The notes beneath the pieces were generated by a model that saw nothing but the letters and a program-made list of their open reading frames with translations, had not been told where the DNA came from and made no database searches. 64,000 nt of DNA from NCBI GenBank assembly GCA_043228905.1, contig JBHGNT010000020.1, positions 7,378,001 through 7,442,000 on the forward strand, read 5' to 3'. A program made the position numbers and the translations under genes. Source of the stretch: Azolla caroliniana. Its lineage: Eukaryota > Plantae > Polypodiophyta. Position 1 is the stretch's first letter, and every line of letters starts with the position of its first letter. Of this stretch, positions 34,944-48,031 are shown piece after piece.

Positions 34944-37900
34944 TGTTACCCCGTACGAGATGTACGGAGAGTCAATGTGATGAGCGAGGGTCAAATGTTA
35001 TCATGATGATTGTTGTGTGTTTGTAGGGGGCATAAATATAATCGTGAGTCGATACGTATGTGAACACATGCACACGTGTGTGCATGTGGATGGATACGAG
35101 GAGGTATGAGTGAGTGTCCAGTATGAATGCTCTAGGGGACTTACACCCCTTTGTATCTACCCCCTCTTGTACTATTTAACCCCCTTATGGGGAATGAATG
35201 ATAAATAATCATTCTCTCTCTCTCTCTCTCTCTTTGTCATCTCTCTTCCTCTCTCTCCCCTTAACGTTGAACCCCCTTGGGAGGGGGGTGGAGCCATTCA
35301 AGGCACCACCCCCCACCCCACAATGCTTCTCAATGCTTGTCGTCTCTCTCACCATCGATCCCATAACGCTCATCATCCTCATTAAACACACCATCTCCAT
35401 CACCAATCATCATTACCATTAACCCTAACCCTAAAACGTACAACACCTTTTGACCCCGTACGAGATGTACGGAGAGTCAATGTGATGAGCGAGGGTCAAA
35501 TGTTATCATGATGATTGTTGTGTGTTTGTAGGGGGCATAAATGTAATCATGAGTCGATACGTATGTGAACACATGCACACGTGTGTGCATGTGGATGGAT
35601 ACGAGGAGGTATGAGTGAGTGTCCAGTATGAATGCTCTAGGGGGCTTACACCCCTTTGTATCTACCCCCTCTTGTACTATTTAACCCCCTTATGGGGAAT
35701 GAATGATAAATAATCATTCTCTCTTTCTCTCTCTCTCTCTTTGTCATCTCTCTTCCTCTCTCTCCCCTTAACGTTGAACCCCCTTGGGAGGGGGGTGGAG
35801 CCATTCAAGGCACCACCCCCCACCCCACAATGCTTCTCAATGCTTGTCGTCTCTCTCACCATCGATCCCATAACGCTCATCATCCTCATTAAACACACCA
35901 TCTCCATCACCAATCATCATTACCATTAACCCTAACCCTAAAACGTACAACACCTTTTGACCCCGTACGAGATGTACGGAGAGTCAATGTGATGAGCGAG
36001 GGTCAAATGTTATCATGATGATTGTTGTGTGTTTGTAGGGGGCATAAATGTAATCATGAGTCGATACGTATGTGAACACATGCACACGTGTGTGCATGTG
36101 GATGGATACGAGGAGGTATGAGTGAGTGTCCAGTATGAATGCTCTAGGGGGCTTACACCCCTTTGTATCTACCCCCTCTTGTACTATTTAACCCCCTTAT
36201 GGGGAATGAATGATAAATAATCATTCTCTCTCTCTCTCTCTCTCTCTTTGTCATCTCTCTTCCTCTCTCTCCCCTTAACGTTGAACCCCCTTGGGAGGGG
36301 GGTGGAGCCATTCAAGGCACCACCCCCCACCCCACAATGCTTCTCAATGCTTGTCGTCTCTCTCACCATCGATCCCATAACGCTCATCATCCTCATTAAA
36401 CACACCATCTCCATCACCAATCATCATTACCATTAACCCTAACCCTAAAACGTACAACACCTTTTGGCGACCACTAAGGCGACCCCCCTTTGGAGACGAA
36501 GTCGAAGACTAGGATGCGGCAAAGACATGGCAACGATGAAATGTGCGAGAAATCAAATGGATGATGTGCGGGAAATGGTGATGTTGATTAGAAGCCGTCG
36601 AGGTCGAGGAATGCAACACAATGCAACACAGTGATGTTGTGCGAGAGGACGTCGCAAAAGGATACGCAACAAACGTATGTTCAAGTGTGTGGTTAACGAC
36701 AATGTGCGTGTGCAGGAAAGTGTGGTGCAAGAGACAACAAAAAAGACAAGGACGACACTAACTGTCAAAGCGGCTAGAATAGCCAGACAACGGTTGTAAA
36801 GCGACTGGAGTAGTTGGACAACATCCAGAACGGCGGGAATGGCCAAATAGGGACTGGAGCGATGGCGACGGCTCGACAACTGACGACAGGAACAATGATG
36901 ACGCCGAAATAAGATCGGAGAGACACTGGACGAAGATGGAGTCGGCCAAACAGAGACCAACCAATGGAAAGCTTGAGAAAAGCAATAGTGACCGGAGCGG
37001 GAGCCGACTGGAATGGCCAGAGATGGGAGTAGCCGGATAACAGCCGAACTGACTACCGGAAAACCAGCCTGATCGGACTTGAACGGGCCGAAGAGCAACC
37101 GAAGAGCAGTCGGAGTGGCCGAACGGCGTAGGAACGGAGGCGCCCTAACAACGGCAGAAGCGTAACAAAGATGGATAGGCGGCCGAACAATGATGGCCGG
37201 AGACGGAGATAGAGATGCAGACGCGGACGGGAAGACAATGACGACATCCAGATGGCGACGACGCAAGACACCGACAACTGGAGGAAGGCCGAAACCGTGA
37301 CAAAGATGGAAGGCCAAAAGAGGCAACAGAAATTGACGACGGCCGGAGTGGAAGGAAAACAGAGTCGGAAACGACCGGAATGATGGATGACGACGGATCG
37401 TCGGCCAGAGCAGCAGCGGTCGGGCGCATAACCAGAAACAGCCAGTAAGAACGGCCGGATGGACTAAAACAGACCGGACCAGACAAACAAATGAACCGGA
37501 AGATGAATGACAGTGCCAGACAGAGACGGCGAAACTGGTGGCTGGAGACGGAGAAGAAAACGGAAATGGTGGCGGGAGTCAGACAGAGCCGGCAGGACGA
37601 CGAAGATGCCTGACGATAACGACCAAACAACGGCCGGACAAACGGCCGGACAACGGACATCAACAGCTAGGAGATGGCCAAAGTGACGGAGAGGCAACCG
37701 AAAGGGCTGGACAGAGACATTGGACGAATAGAAGGGTGAACAACGGCCGGATCGACGGCCGGAATAGAGATATGCCGGATAGGGCTAATAAAGACGATGA
37801 CGCCGGACAGTGGCCGCACAGAGACGGTTGCAGAGGCAGAGACAGACGGCAACTGGCGCCGAGGGATGGATACTATGGAGCTTTAGAAGGAGAGGAAGCA

Positions 37901-39150
37901 AAAACAGGCATAGAACGAGGAGAAATAGTGCAAAAGGAAGAAAAAAGAATGAAGGAGAAGAAAGGATGGAGCAGCACAAACAGAGAAGAAGAGAAAGAAA
38001 GAGAGGAAAAATGGAAGAAGTCATGGAAGACATGGAGAGACGGAGAAGAAAGACAGAAAAAGAAGAAGAAAGAGAGAAAAAGAAGAGAAAGAAGAAAATC
38101 GAAGAAGAGAAAGGCATACAGAGACAGACGTGAGCACGAGAGAGACAGAGATACAAGAGCAAGAAGAAGAAATAAAGAGAAAAACCTAGAATAAAATTGA
38201 AAACAGAGGGAAAAAGAAGAAAAAAAAGGGGGGGGCATGTAACAAATATTGAAACCTTGAGGGTGCTGAATGAAATTGTGAAACCTCAAGGGTACATATC
38301 AAAATTTTAAAAAATAAGAGGGCACCACTAGAATTTTGAAAATCCCCAAGACTACTCACACACAACTCACAAGATACAAAGAAGAACAAACATACATACA
38401 ACGTCTTTTAAACGACCCGAATGATGTTACCAAAGTTCGTAAGCCGACAGAACGAGAAGGTTCGTGTCGCGGAAGATTCGTTGACCGACAAAGATGTTCG
38501 AGTCAAGCATTCCGATCGAGGGAGTCGATCGTTGAAAGGACCGATGGAAGTTCCGGTCGAAGAAATATCATCATCAAGGCATGTGGGATCGACGTGCAAG
38601 GCACTTTCCCACGGGCGTGCCATATTGTGTTACCCCGTACGAGATGTACGGAGAGTCAATGTGATGAGCGAGGGTCAAATGTTATCATGATGATTGTTGT
38701 GTGTTTGTAGGGGATGATGAGCGTTATGGGATCGATGGTGAGAGAGACGACAAGCATTGAGAAGCATTGTGGGGTGGGGGGTGGTGCCTTGAATGGCTCC
38801 ACCCCCCTCCCAAGGGGGTTCAACGTTAAGGGGAGAGAGAGGAAGAGAGATGACAAAGAGAGAGAGAGAGAGAGAGAGAGAATGATTATTTATCATTCAT
38901 TCCCCATAAGGGGGTTAAATAGTACAAGAGGGGGTAGATACAAAGGGGTGTAAGCCCCCTAGAGCATTCATACTGGACACTCACTCATACCTCCTCGTAT
39001 CCATCCACATGCACACACGTGTGCATGTGTTCACATACGTATTGACTCACGATTACATTTATGCCCCCTACAAACACACAACAATCATCATGATAACATT
39101 TGACCCTCGCTCATCACATTGACTCTCCGTACATCTCGTACGGGATAACA
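34944..39150 (+). mobile_element. Non-autonomous non-coding LTR element: three tandem 5' LTRs, PBS 36465-36474, about 2.15-kb internal region, fold-back 3' LTR
   Basis: TSD TGAGT at 34939-34943 and 39151-39155. LTR units 34944-35445, 35453-35952 and 35960-36459. PBS TGGCGACCAC. No retroelement protein motifs inside. Confidence 0.92.
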
Positions 39151-41211
39151 TGAGTTGCGAAAGGTGATCGGTGAAGACCTTAGAGAAGACCGGACCGTTC
39201 CAGTAGGTTCGATGGGAATGTACAAAGTCATCGCGGACTTCGGGGAAAGGATCGGGTCGGATCGGATGGCCCGTGTGGATACAAAGTACAAGACTGTGGA
39301 CCGGAAGGTGAGGCCAGTCGCGACACCCTTGCCGGAGGGCAGCGAGGAGCGGATAAAAGGGGTCACGTCGAACCCGAGTTTACGGAATCTGGCTGGCATA
39401 GGGCACCGGTGGGGCTAGCTTTCTACTGCCGGCGGAGGAGAACAGGTTTCGGAGAATGCTCGGAAGGCATGGGAAAGCCTTCGCGTTCTCGCCGGAGGAG
39501 ATCAGGTGCGTGGACCCGACGATCGTCGAACCGATGGTGATCTTCACGGTACCGCATGTACCGTGGAATCTCAAACCGATTACGGTGCCGAGAGCTCACA
39601 TCTCGAAGTTGATGGAGCTTCTAAAGCAAAAGGTGGAGATGGGCATCCTCGAACCGTCGAGTGCCTCATATTCGAATCGGTGGTTTACGGTGTCGAAGAA
39701 GAACGGCATATTGCGCTTCATTTAGGACCTGCAACCGGTCAACAAGGTGACCATCCGTAACGCAGGAATCAGACCGACCATAGACGAGTTCGCGGAGGCC
39801 TTCGCTGAAAGGTCAATCTATTCGGTCGGTGACTTATACTCGGGGTACGACCAGTTCCAACTAGCTGTGGAAAGCAGGGATATCACGACAATGCGAACTC
39901 CTCTCGGCCTAGTACGGATGTGTACCCTATCACAAGGCGAGACAAATTCGGTGGCGCATATGGTGAACGCAATGAACAAGGTGCTAAGGGACTACATCCC
40001 AGACATCACCATGCCATTCTTGGACGACATCCCGATAAAGGGGTGTCCGGTGGATGACGCGGACGAGACTGTCGGGCCAGACGGATGCCGAAGGTTCGTC
40101 CTGAACCACATCAACGACTACGCACGACTCACCTTCTCCGGAGAAAAATCCGCGTTCGGGCAGTCGGAGATCTTCGTGGTCGGACACCTGTGCCGGCCCT
40201 ACGGTACGAAACCATCTCCGGCAAAGGTAGAGGCCATCTCAACGATGAGGGACGATTGCGGGTCGGTCACGGAGGTCCGCAGATTCTTGGGAGCATGCGC
40301 GTTCTACCACATCTGGATTCCGCACTATGCGCATGTTGCGGAGCCTCTCTACGGGCTATTGAAGAAAGGGCGTGGGTTCGAGTGGAGGACGGAGCACATG
40401 GAGTCGGTCCGGAGACTAAAGGAGGCACTTATGGTAGCGTCGGCCCTCCGTAAAGTGGTTTATGACAAGGGTGTCCCCATTTGCGTGACGGTGGACACGA
40501 GCCCGACCGGGATCGGGTGGGTAATCAGTCAGGAGGACAAGAACGGCGTACGATTCCCGATCTGGTTTGGGGCGAAGGTATTGAGCGGGCGGTAGCGAGG
40601 ATACGCCCAAGTTTAGCGTGAGCTTTGGGGTATCGTTTCGGCAGTCAAGGCTGACAAGGACTATCTGATCGGGACAGAGGTGATCATCGAGACCGACTAC
40701 CTACCGATACTCGGCATGGTTTCCGGATGCGCGACACCGGACCTAGCAATGCTCCGGTGGATAGCGTACATTAAGTCCCTGAACCCGGAGATACGGCACA
40801 TCTCCGGAAAGGACAACGCCATGGCCGACATGCTTTCGAGAGCGAGGTTCAACGACGAAGACGGCATGGTTTCAGATGACGAAGAAGTCGGCAAGGACTT
40901 CTTCGGGTCGGCTAACGTAACGACGGGGAAAAAGGACATTCCGGCGCTTAACGAATTTGACGAAAGCAGGTACGACGGGGAGTGGCTCCAAATCGGGAGG
41001 TTCCTACGGATGATGACGCCAGATGCAGCATTGACAAGAGAAGAGGCGAGTCGGGTATGGAAGAAGGCGTACCGATTCTTCCTGCGGGACGAGTGCATAT
41101 GGAGGCACCCAAAGAAGAGAAACGGCATGCCGCTCCGAGTAGTGGCAAAGAAAGAAGAACAGGAGGAACTACTGGAGGCATTTCACGAGAGTTCCTGGGC
41201 CGGGCACGGCG
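39151..41211 (+). pseudogene. pol: RT-RNase H of the Trp gypsy; its integrase continues at 46662-47346
   Basis: DTKYKTVDRKVRPV, DLYSGYDQF, FLDDIPIKG, VDTSPTGIG and NAMADMLSR, with several stops. Confidence 0.92.
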
Positions 41212-44200
41212 TGTCGAATACATGTGTATAATGGACGTATTCACACTATCCCGTTTTGGTACATTTATGTAATTAGCATAAAGGGTAGTTGCCCTAAGTC
41301 GGTCACTATATATAGTGACCTTGTAACCTTTTTGTAAGGTTGGCTGTTGTATTATTGCTTTGGGTAATAGAAAGTCTTTTGTGTCTCTCTCTCTCTCTCT
41401 CTCTCTGTGCAACGACCTACAAACTGTCATACGCAGGTATTCAGAAAGGAATCGAATGCTTCTCGATCTTCCGCACAGACGACATTGTCTCCAACATCTG
41501 GTATCAGAGCCTGCACAGTAGTCGGTCCCTCAATCCGCTGTCGGCCGTCGTCTCAGCATTCGGTTTCTTGCGTCATTCGAAGAAGAGAGAAGAAGAAGAA
41601 AAAAAAAAAAACCAGGTTTGCATCTCATCGCGTTAGATCATCTTTGCTTGGAGTAAGCCAGCAGGTTGTACTCCGTTCCTTGTGATTGTAACTGCTCGAG
41701 GTGAAATCCCCTTGTGCAACATTGACACGATTCGTGCTTCATTCGGTTAAACGGCATCCGAAGAGGTCATCAAACGCCGCTCGTTGTAACCACTCGGTGC
41801 AGATCGGTCTCAAGACAACAACCCCAAATTCGTGCTTCATCAGGCTGATCGACATTCGAGAGGATCAGTTAGATCCATCTCTCTCGTCGCTGCAGTCACC
41901 CGAAGCAGAATCGGTCCAGATAATCGGTTTCAATTATCGGTATTCGGCATATATATCCGAAGCGAACCGGGCTCACTCCGACTCGGCAACATTCGGGAAG
42001 ACCAGTCGGTTCTGTCCCTCAAGCTACCGGAGTCAATTCGAGCGAGTTCCGAAGCCGAACCGACTCGGGTTCAAATCCGACTAGAACAATATCGGGTGAG
42101 CCAACCGGCTGCACTCCAACAAGGTTCGTAGTCAACTCCGAACCGAGCTTCGTTAACCGAAACCGAATTTGATGGCATCAACATCCGGCTCGTCAGAAAT
42201 GAGTCTACGAAAGTTCGATGGATCGAACTTCAACTTCTGGAAGGAGCAAATGCAGGACTATCTCATAGTCAAGGGGCAAATTGATCCCATCGAAAATGAA
42301 GAACCTCCAGAAGGATACAAACCAATTGAGTGGCAGAAGCTGGACAGAATTGTCCGCGCCACGATTCGGATGCACCTATCGGAATCGGTATACTTTACGG
42401 TGCAATCGTGTACGACAGCATTCGAACTGTGGAAAACACTGTCGGACACTTACGAAAAGAAGGTCGCCGCAACGAAGATGTTTCTGATCCGGCGCCTCTA
42501 CAACTTGCGGATGAAAGAATCCGATTCGGTTCAAGCACACCTCAATGAGTACGAAAGCATAAGCTCCCAAATCTCATCTCAGGGGACGGCAATCGAGGAT
42601 GAACTCAGAGCAATGATACTCATGAGCAGCCTTCCCTCATCATGGGAAACTTTCGTCACAACCGTGTGCAACGCGTCAACCACGGCTGTTAAATACTCCG
42701 AAGTCACGAGCGCAATCCTGACCGAAGCAACTCGGAGAAAGTCTTTCGCCAAAGACTCAACAGACGACGCTTACGTAGTACAAGGTTCGACAGACCGATC
42801 GAACATACGAGGAAGAGATTCCTCACGGCCGCCGAACAATCAGCGAAGACGGAGCCAGTCACGGGATAACCGAATCTGCAACTATTGCAAGAAACCCGGA
42901 CACATCAAAGCCGACTGCCGCGCACTCAAGAACAAGAACAATAAGAAGAGTGGCCGGCATGAGGAGATCAATTACGTCAGCTTCTCAGCTGATGTGCTAC
43001 CAGACGACCCGAACATACTATCAATCGAAAATCCAGTTGGCTCAGAAGTTCTGCTCACGACTGAAGAATCGAGCACATGGCTCTTGGATTCGGGCGCGTC
43101 ATTTCACGTGACTCCTCATCGATCCCAATTTCGGCAATATACGATCCGTCACTCCGACTCAGTTCGGGTCGGCAACTCGCAACACTGTGACATCATCGGA
43201 ATCGGCACAGTAGAGCTCAACCTTGCAGGTGGCTCTACACTTGTACTCCACAATGTCCGACATGTACCCGAGCTCTCAAGGCCTTTGATCTCAGTCGGAC
43301 AACTAGATGAAGACGGCATTCGTGCCGGTTTTTCTTCGGGAGGGTGGACACTCCACAGGGGGAACCTCCTGCTTGCTAGAGGACCCAAGATACACTCACT
43401 GTATCCGTTGCATGTTACGCTCAGAGAGGGTAACCTGTTTTTGGTGGATATTCCTGTGTCATCACTATGGCACCGAAGATTAGGACACCTCAGCAAGGCC
43501 GGCATCACGCACCTATCTAGAGCTGGATACATCCCCAAACTCTCCTTCTCCGACCATCAATTCTGCGAGCATTGCCAGTATGGCAAACAAGCAGCCACAT
43601 CACACCCGACATCAGCACCAAGAGAATCGAGACCTCTCGATTTGGTCCACTCGGACGTCTGTGGCCCAATGCCGCATCAGTCTCTCGGTGGTGCCTCTTA
43701 CTTCGTCACTTTTATTGACGATTCGACTCGAAAGGTGTGGGCTTATCCGATTCGCACCAAAGATCGGGTCTTCTCGATCTTTACCGATTGGCTCGCTATG
43801 GTAGAAAATCAAACCGACCGAAAGCTGAAATGCTTTCGGACCGACAATGGGGGAGAGTTCAAATCCGATGCATTCGTCAAATTCTGCCGACAACGCGGCA
43901 TCCGACGAGAATTTACGGCACCACACAGTCCGGAGCAAAATGGGATTGCAGAACGAATGAATCGGACAATCCAAGAAAGGATAGTTTCCATGCTCCAACA
44001 CTCCGGACTGTCGGATGGCTTCTGGGCAGAGGCTCTACTCACGGCAGTACACATAATCAATATGTCGCCAAGTAGACCTCTAGGACTTCAAATTCCTCAG
44101 GAACTATGGATCGGCAATAAGCCGAATTACGACAAGCTGAGGATCTTCGGATGCGAGGTGTACGCCCTTATTCCGAAAGATGATCGCCGAAAACTTGCAC

Positions 44201-46661
44201 CTCGGTCCAGGAAATGCATTTTCCTTGGATATGGATCCGACGGCGAAATGGGATACCGACTCTGGGACCCCGAACGCAGACAAATCGTTCGAAGTTCGGA
44301 CGTTGTGTTCAACGAGTCGGCTATGAATCCATCAGTCGAAAAACCGATCGAAGTCCGAAGGGTAACATTTTCCGATGTGCCGACCCTTCAAGAAGGCCCC
44401 GCTCTCAACACACGGTCAGCTTCACGGGTAGCTGAACCTTACACTACCGACTCGGACAACTCCGACTCGGCACAGCAGAACAATCCGCTTTCGGACCATC
44501 CGACCACGATACCCGATGCGACCAGTCCAATCATGCCTCGACGATCCGAGAGACCGTCGCAACCTCCGGAGAGGTATTCTCCTGGAATTTTCTTCACCGA
44601 CGCCGGCGAACCGACGTCTTACGAAGAAGCATCGACATCTGTCGATTCAGCCACCTGGCATCTGGCGATGGAGTCGGAAATGCACTCCATTCGGGCAAAC
44701 AAGACTTGGGATCTGGTCGAATTACCTCGGAACCGACGTGCTCTTCCTTGCAAGTGGGTTTATCGACTAAAAGAGACGTCTGATTCGACCACCCCAAAGT
44801 ACAAGGCCAGACTAGTTGCGAAGGGCTTCCGACAAGAATATGGCGTCGACTTCGACGAGATCTTTTCACCAGTGGTGAAAATGACAACCCTTCGTTTTCT
44901 ACTCGGCGTAGTGGCAGCCGACAACTTGGAGCTGATTCAGCTAGATGTCAAAACAGCCTTCCTCCATGGCGATCTCGACGAGGAAATTTATATGGAGCAG
45001 CCAAAAGGCTTCGTGGCGACTGGCCAAGAACATCTAGTCTGCCGACTCAGGAAGAGTCTATACGGCCTCAAACAGGCCCCCCGACAATGGTACAAGAAGT
45101 TCGACGACTTCATCCAATCGATCGGCTTCTCCAAAAGCGATGAGGACCATTGTCTTTTCACCAACACAGCTCACGATGGATCACCCATCTTCCTCATCAT
45201 CTACGTGGACGACATGCTAATTTCCGGACGCCACGCGGGCGAACTTGACGATCTCATTCGGCAACTGCGGTTGAAGTTTGCCATGAAGGACCTCGGTCCG
45301 GCACGACACATACTCGGCATGAAGATCAGTCGGCATCGCGACAAACGACATCTTTTTTTGTCTCAGACCGACTATATCGGACGTGTCTTGGAACGCTTCA
45401 ACATGCAATCAGCCAAATCTGCTTCAACCCCGCTCCCTATGAATCTTCGGCTCTCTCAGCGAGACTGCCCGACATCCGGTCCGGAGGGGGGAGATATGAA
45501 GTCGGTACCGTATGCACCGGCAGTCGGCTCCCTTATGTACCTGATGGTCGCGACACGGCCTGATATCTCTCATGCCGTAGGAGTCGTTAGCAGATTTATG
45601 CACAATCCTGGCTGATCGCATTGGAACGCAGTCAAGCATGTATTCAGATATCTGGCTGGCACAAAAGACCACGGCATTCTTTTCGGTCCGAACCGAACCT
45701 CAGGCGTAGTCGGTTACACCGACTCGGACTTCGCCGGCTGTATAGACAGTCGGAAATCAACAACCGGATACTGCTTCAAATTCGGCAATGGAGCAATCTC
45801 GTGGAAGTCGAAACTTCAGGAGTGCACAGCGACCTCAACGACCGAAGCAGAATATGTAGCTGCGTCCGATGCAGCAAAAGAAGCTTTGTGGCTCGGTCGG
45901 CTGGCGCACACGTTTCGACAAGTCGACCATGACTCGGCCCCAGTTGTCTACAGCGACAGTCAAGGTGTTGTTGCCTTGTCGAAAAATCCGGTTCACCACA
46001 ACGCCTCCAAACATATCGACGTTCGATATCACTTCGTTCGGGACTGCGTCATTTCAGGGAAAATCGGTCTAGAGAAAATATCCACAACCGACAATGTCGC
46101 AGATGGAATGACCAAGTGTCTTTCGGCAGACCGCTTTCGGTCCCTTCGGCATCAGATGGGCGTAACGACAAACCAGTCCGGTTAGAGCCGGACACAGCAC
46201 AGGATGGTTTCGGACAACCGACATCAGTTCCTTAATGATCGGCTTCAACTGTTCCGACCCGACCAGTTCGGTCTTCTGCCTTCGGACCCTGCCGACTCGA
46301 ACAAAGCTGATATGTCCGAGAACCTAAGTCTATACCTGTAATCTTAGATAACCCATGTATACGCCCATTACGGGGGAGTGTCGAATACATGTGTATAATG
46401 GACGTATTCACACTATCCCGTTTTGGTACATTTATGTAATTAGCATAAAGGGTAGTTGCCCTAAGTCGGTCACTATATATAGTGACCTTGTAACCTTTTT
46501 GTAAGGTTGGCTGTTGTATTATTGCTTTGGGTAATAGAAAGTCTTTTGTCTCTCTCTCTCTCTCTCTCTCTGTGCAACGACCTACAAACTGTCATACGCA
46601 GGTATTCAGAAAGGAATCGAATGCTTCTCGATCTTCCGCACAGACGACATTGTCTCCAACA
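41212..46661 (+). mobile_element. Young full-length Ty1/copia: LTRs 41212-41496 and 46379-46661, Met PBS 41499-41511, PPT 46372-46378
   Basis: LTRs are near-identical apart from the CT microsatellite. Flanks CGGCG/CCGCG differ at one base. Confidence 0.96.
42172..46185 (+). pseudogene. Copia gag-pol polyprotein with a single premature TGA at 45613-45615
   Basis: CCHC, WLLDSGAS, integrase, YVDD and, after the stop in the same frame, RNase H (SKHIDVRYHF). Confidence 0.93.
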
Positions 46662-47985
46662 CCGCGGAACGTGGGCCACGTTCGAGAAGCTGAAGGAGAA
46701 GTACTGGTAGCCGGGGTTGTACCAGGATGTGCATCGGTTCGTAACGACTTGTGAAAGCTGTTAGGTGCACTCCGTAGTCCGACATCTGGACGAGTTGCAC
46801 CCGACTTACCCGCCTACGGTCCATTTCAAGTGGATGGTGGACTTGGTGACGATGCCGATGGGAGTAGGACAGATGCAATACATGGTGCTTGCGCGGGAAG
46901 ACTTAACGAACCAGGTGGAAGGCCGTGCACTGCAGAACAAGACAACCACGACAGTATGCCGGTTCCTGATCGAATAGGTAGTGTGTCGGTACGGGTGCGT
47001 CGGGAGGATCATGGCAGACTGGGGAGAGCTGGATGCGCGAGAAGCTGAGGAGTTGTTCGACCGGCTGGGCGTTAAACTCTCCCTCACTACGACGTACAAT
47101 CCGGAGGCGAACGGGAAGATAGAACGTGGGCACAGGCCGATCGTAAAGGCATTGGTGCATGCATTCGGAGGGCAAGTCAGGAGTTGGCCGCGGCTCCTTC
47201 CTTACGCACTATGGCTAGCAGTGCCGGTTTCCGGGAAGCGGATCAAAGCGTTCAAGAAGCGGTTCGAAGACGAGCCGGAGCCTGCGGGCGGGAGTGACAA
47301 CGACAGTCGGTTCGGGCCCGGTGGAGAATCGGAGAGCGACGAGTGAAGCTGGTCTTCTTCGGTATCTACCCGTCTCTGGCGCATGCCGGTGGATGCGCGG
47401 TTTGGTGGGGGTGGATGTCGTGAAGAAAACCGGCCATAGGCGGAATCAGACAAAAAGGAGCATGAACCAGCTCTTACACAGATGGACGCATGAATTGATA
47501 TTTTGATTCATAAATGGATCGACTGATGTAAATACTAAGTAGTACATATTTATTAGGGGATTGTGCGTATTTCTGGCAGAGGGGACAGGGAATAAAGCGA
47601 TTTGACTAGGGAAAAAGGGGCACCCCCCCTTTTGGGGAACTATTAAAGGAGAGGAGAGAAGGGAGAGAAGGGGATCGCGTGTTGGCGAGGACGAAGGGTT
47701 GCTGCAGAACGGAGTGTCGAGCTCTCTCTCCTCCAATCGTTGTTCTCTGCGGGTGTCGGGAGTTCGCGGCCTCTACTTCGTGGACAGCCCGTGTGCTTCC
47801 AGCAGAGTCTCTCCCCTTCCCCTTTTTCCTTTTTTTTTCTTCAAGTTGTGTGGTTGTGGTCGGTGTGCGTGAGTAGGACCCCGTGTCGGGTCCGTTACCG
47901 GGCTGCCGGTTGTAAGCTATTGACTATAGTAATCGGATTCCTGTTTTCTTTGCTCTTAATCTCTCTCTGTGTACTTGCATCTCTC

Positions 47986-48031
<46 letters not shown>

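Noticed and set aside
35421-35436. AACCCTAACCCTAAA as interstitial telomere
   Set aside because: Only two units, which are part of the LTR. At most a telo-box-like motif.
36553-38289. ORFs of 100-257 aa in the non-autonomous element
   Set aside because: They are low-complexity products of GA-rich strand skew with no recognisable domain.
45613-45615. Programmed stop between RT and RNase H in the copia
   Set aside because: It falls in the conserved NPGxxHW motif with no readthrough context, so it is probably CGA>TGA.
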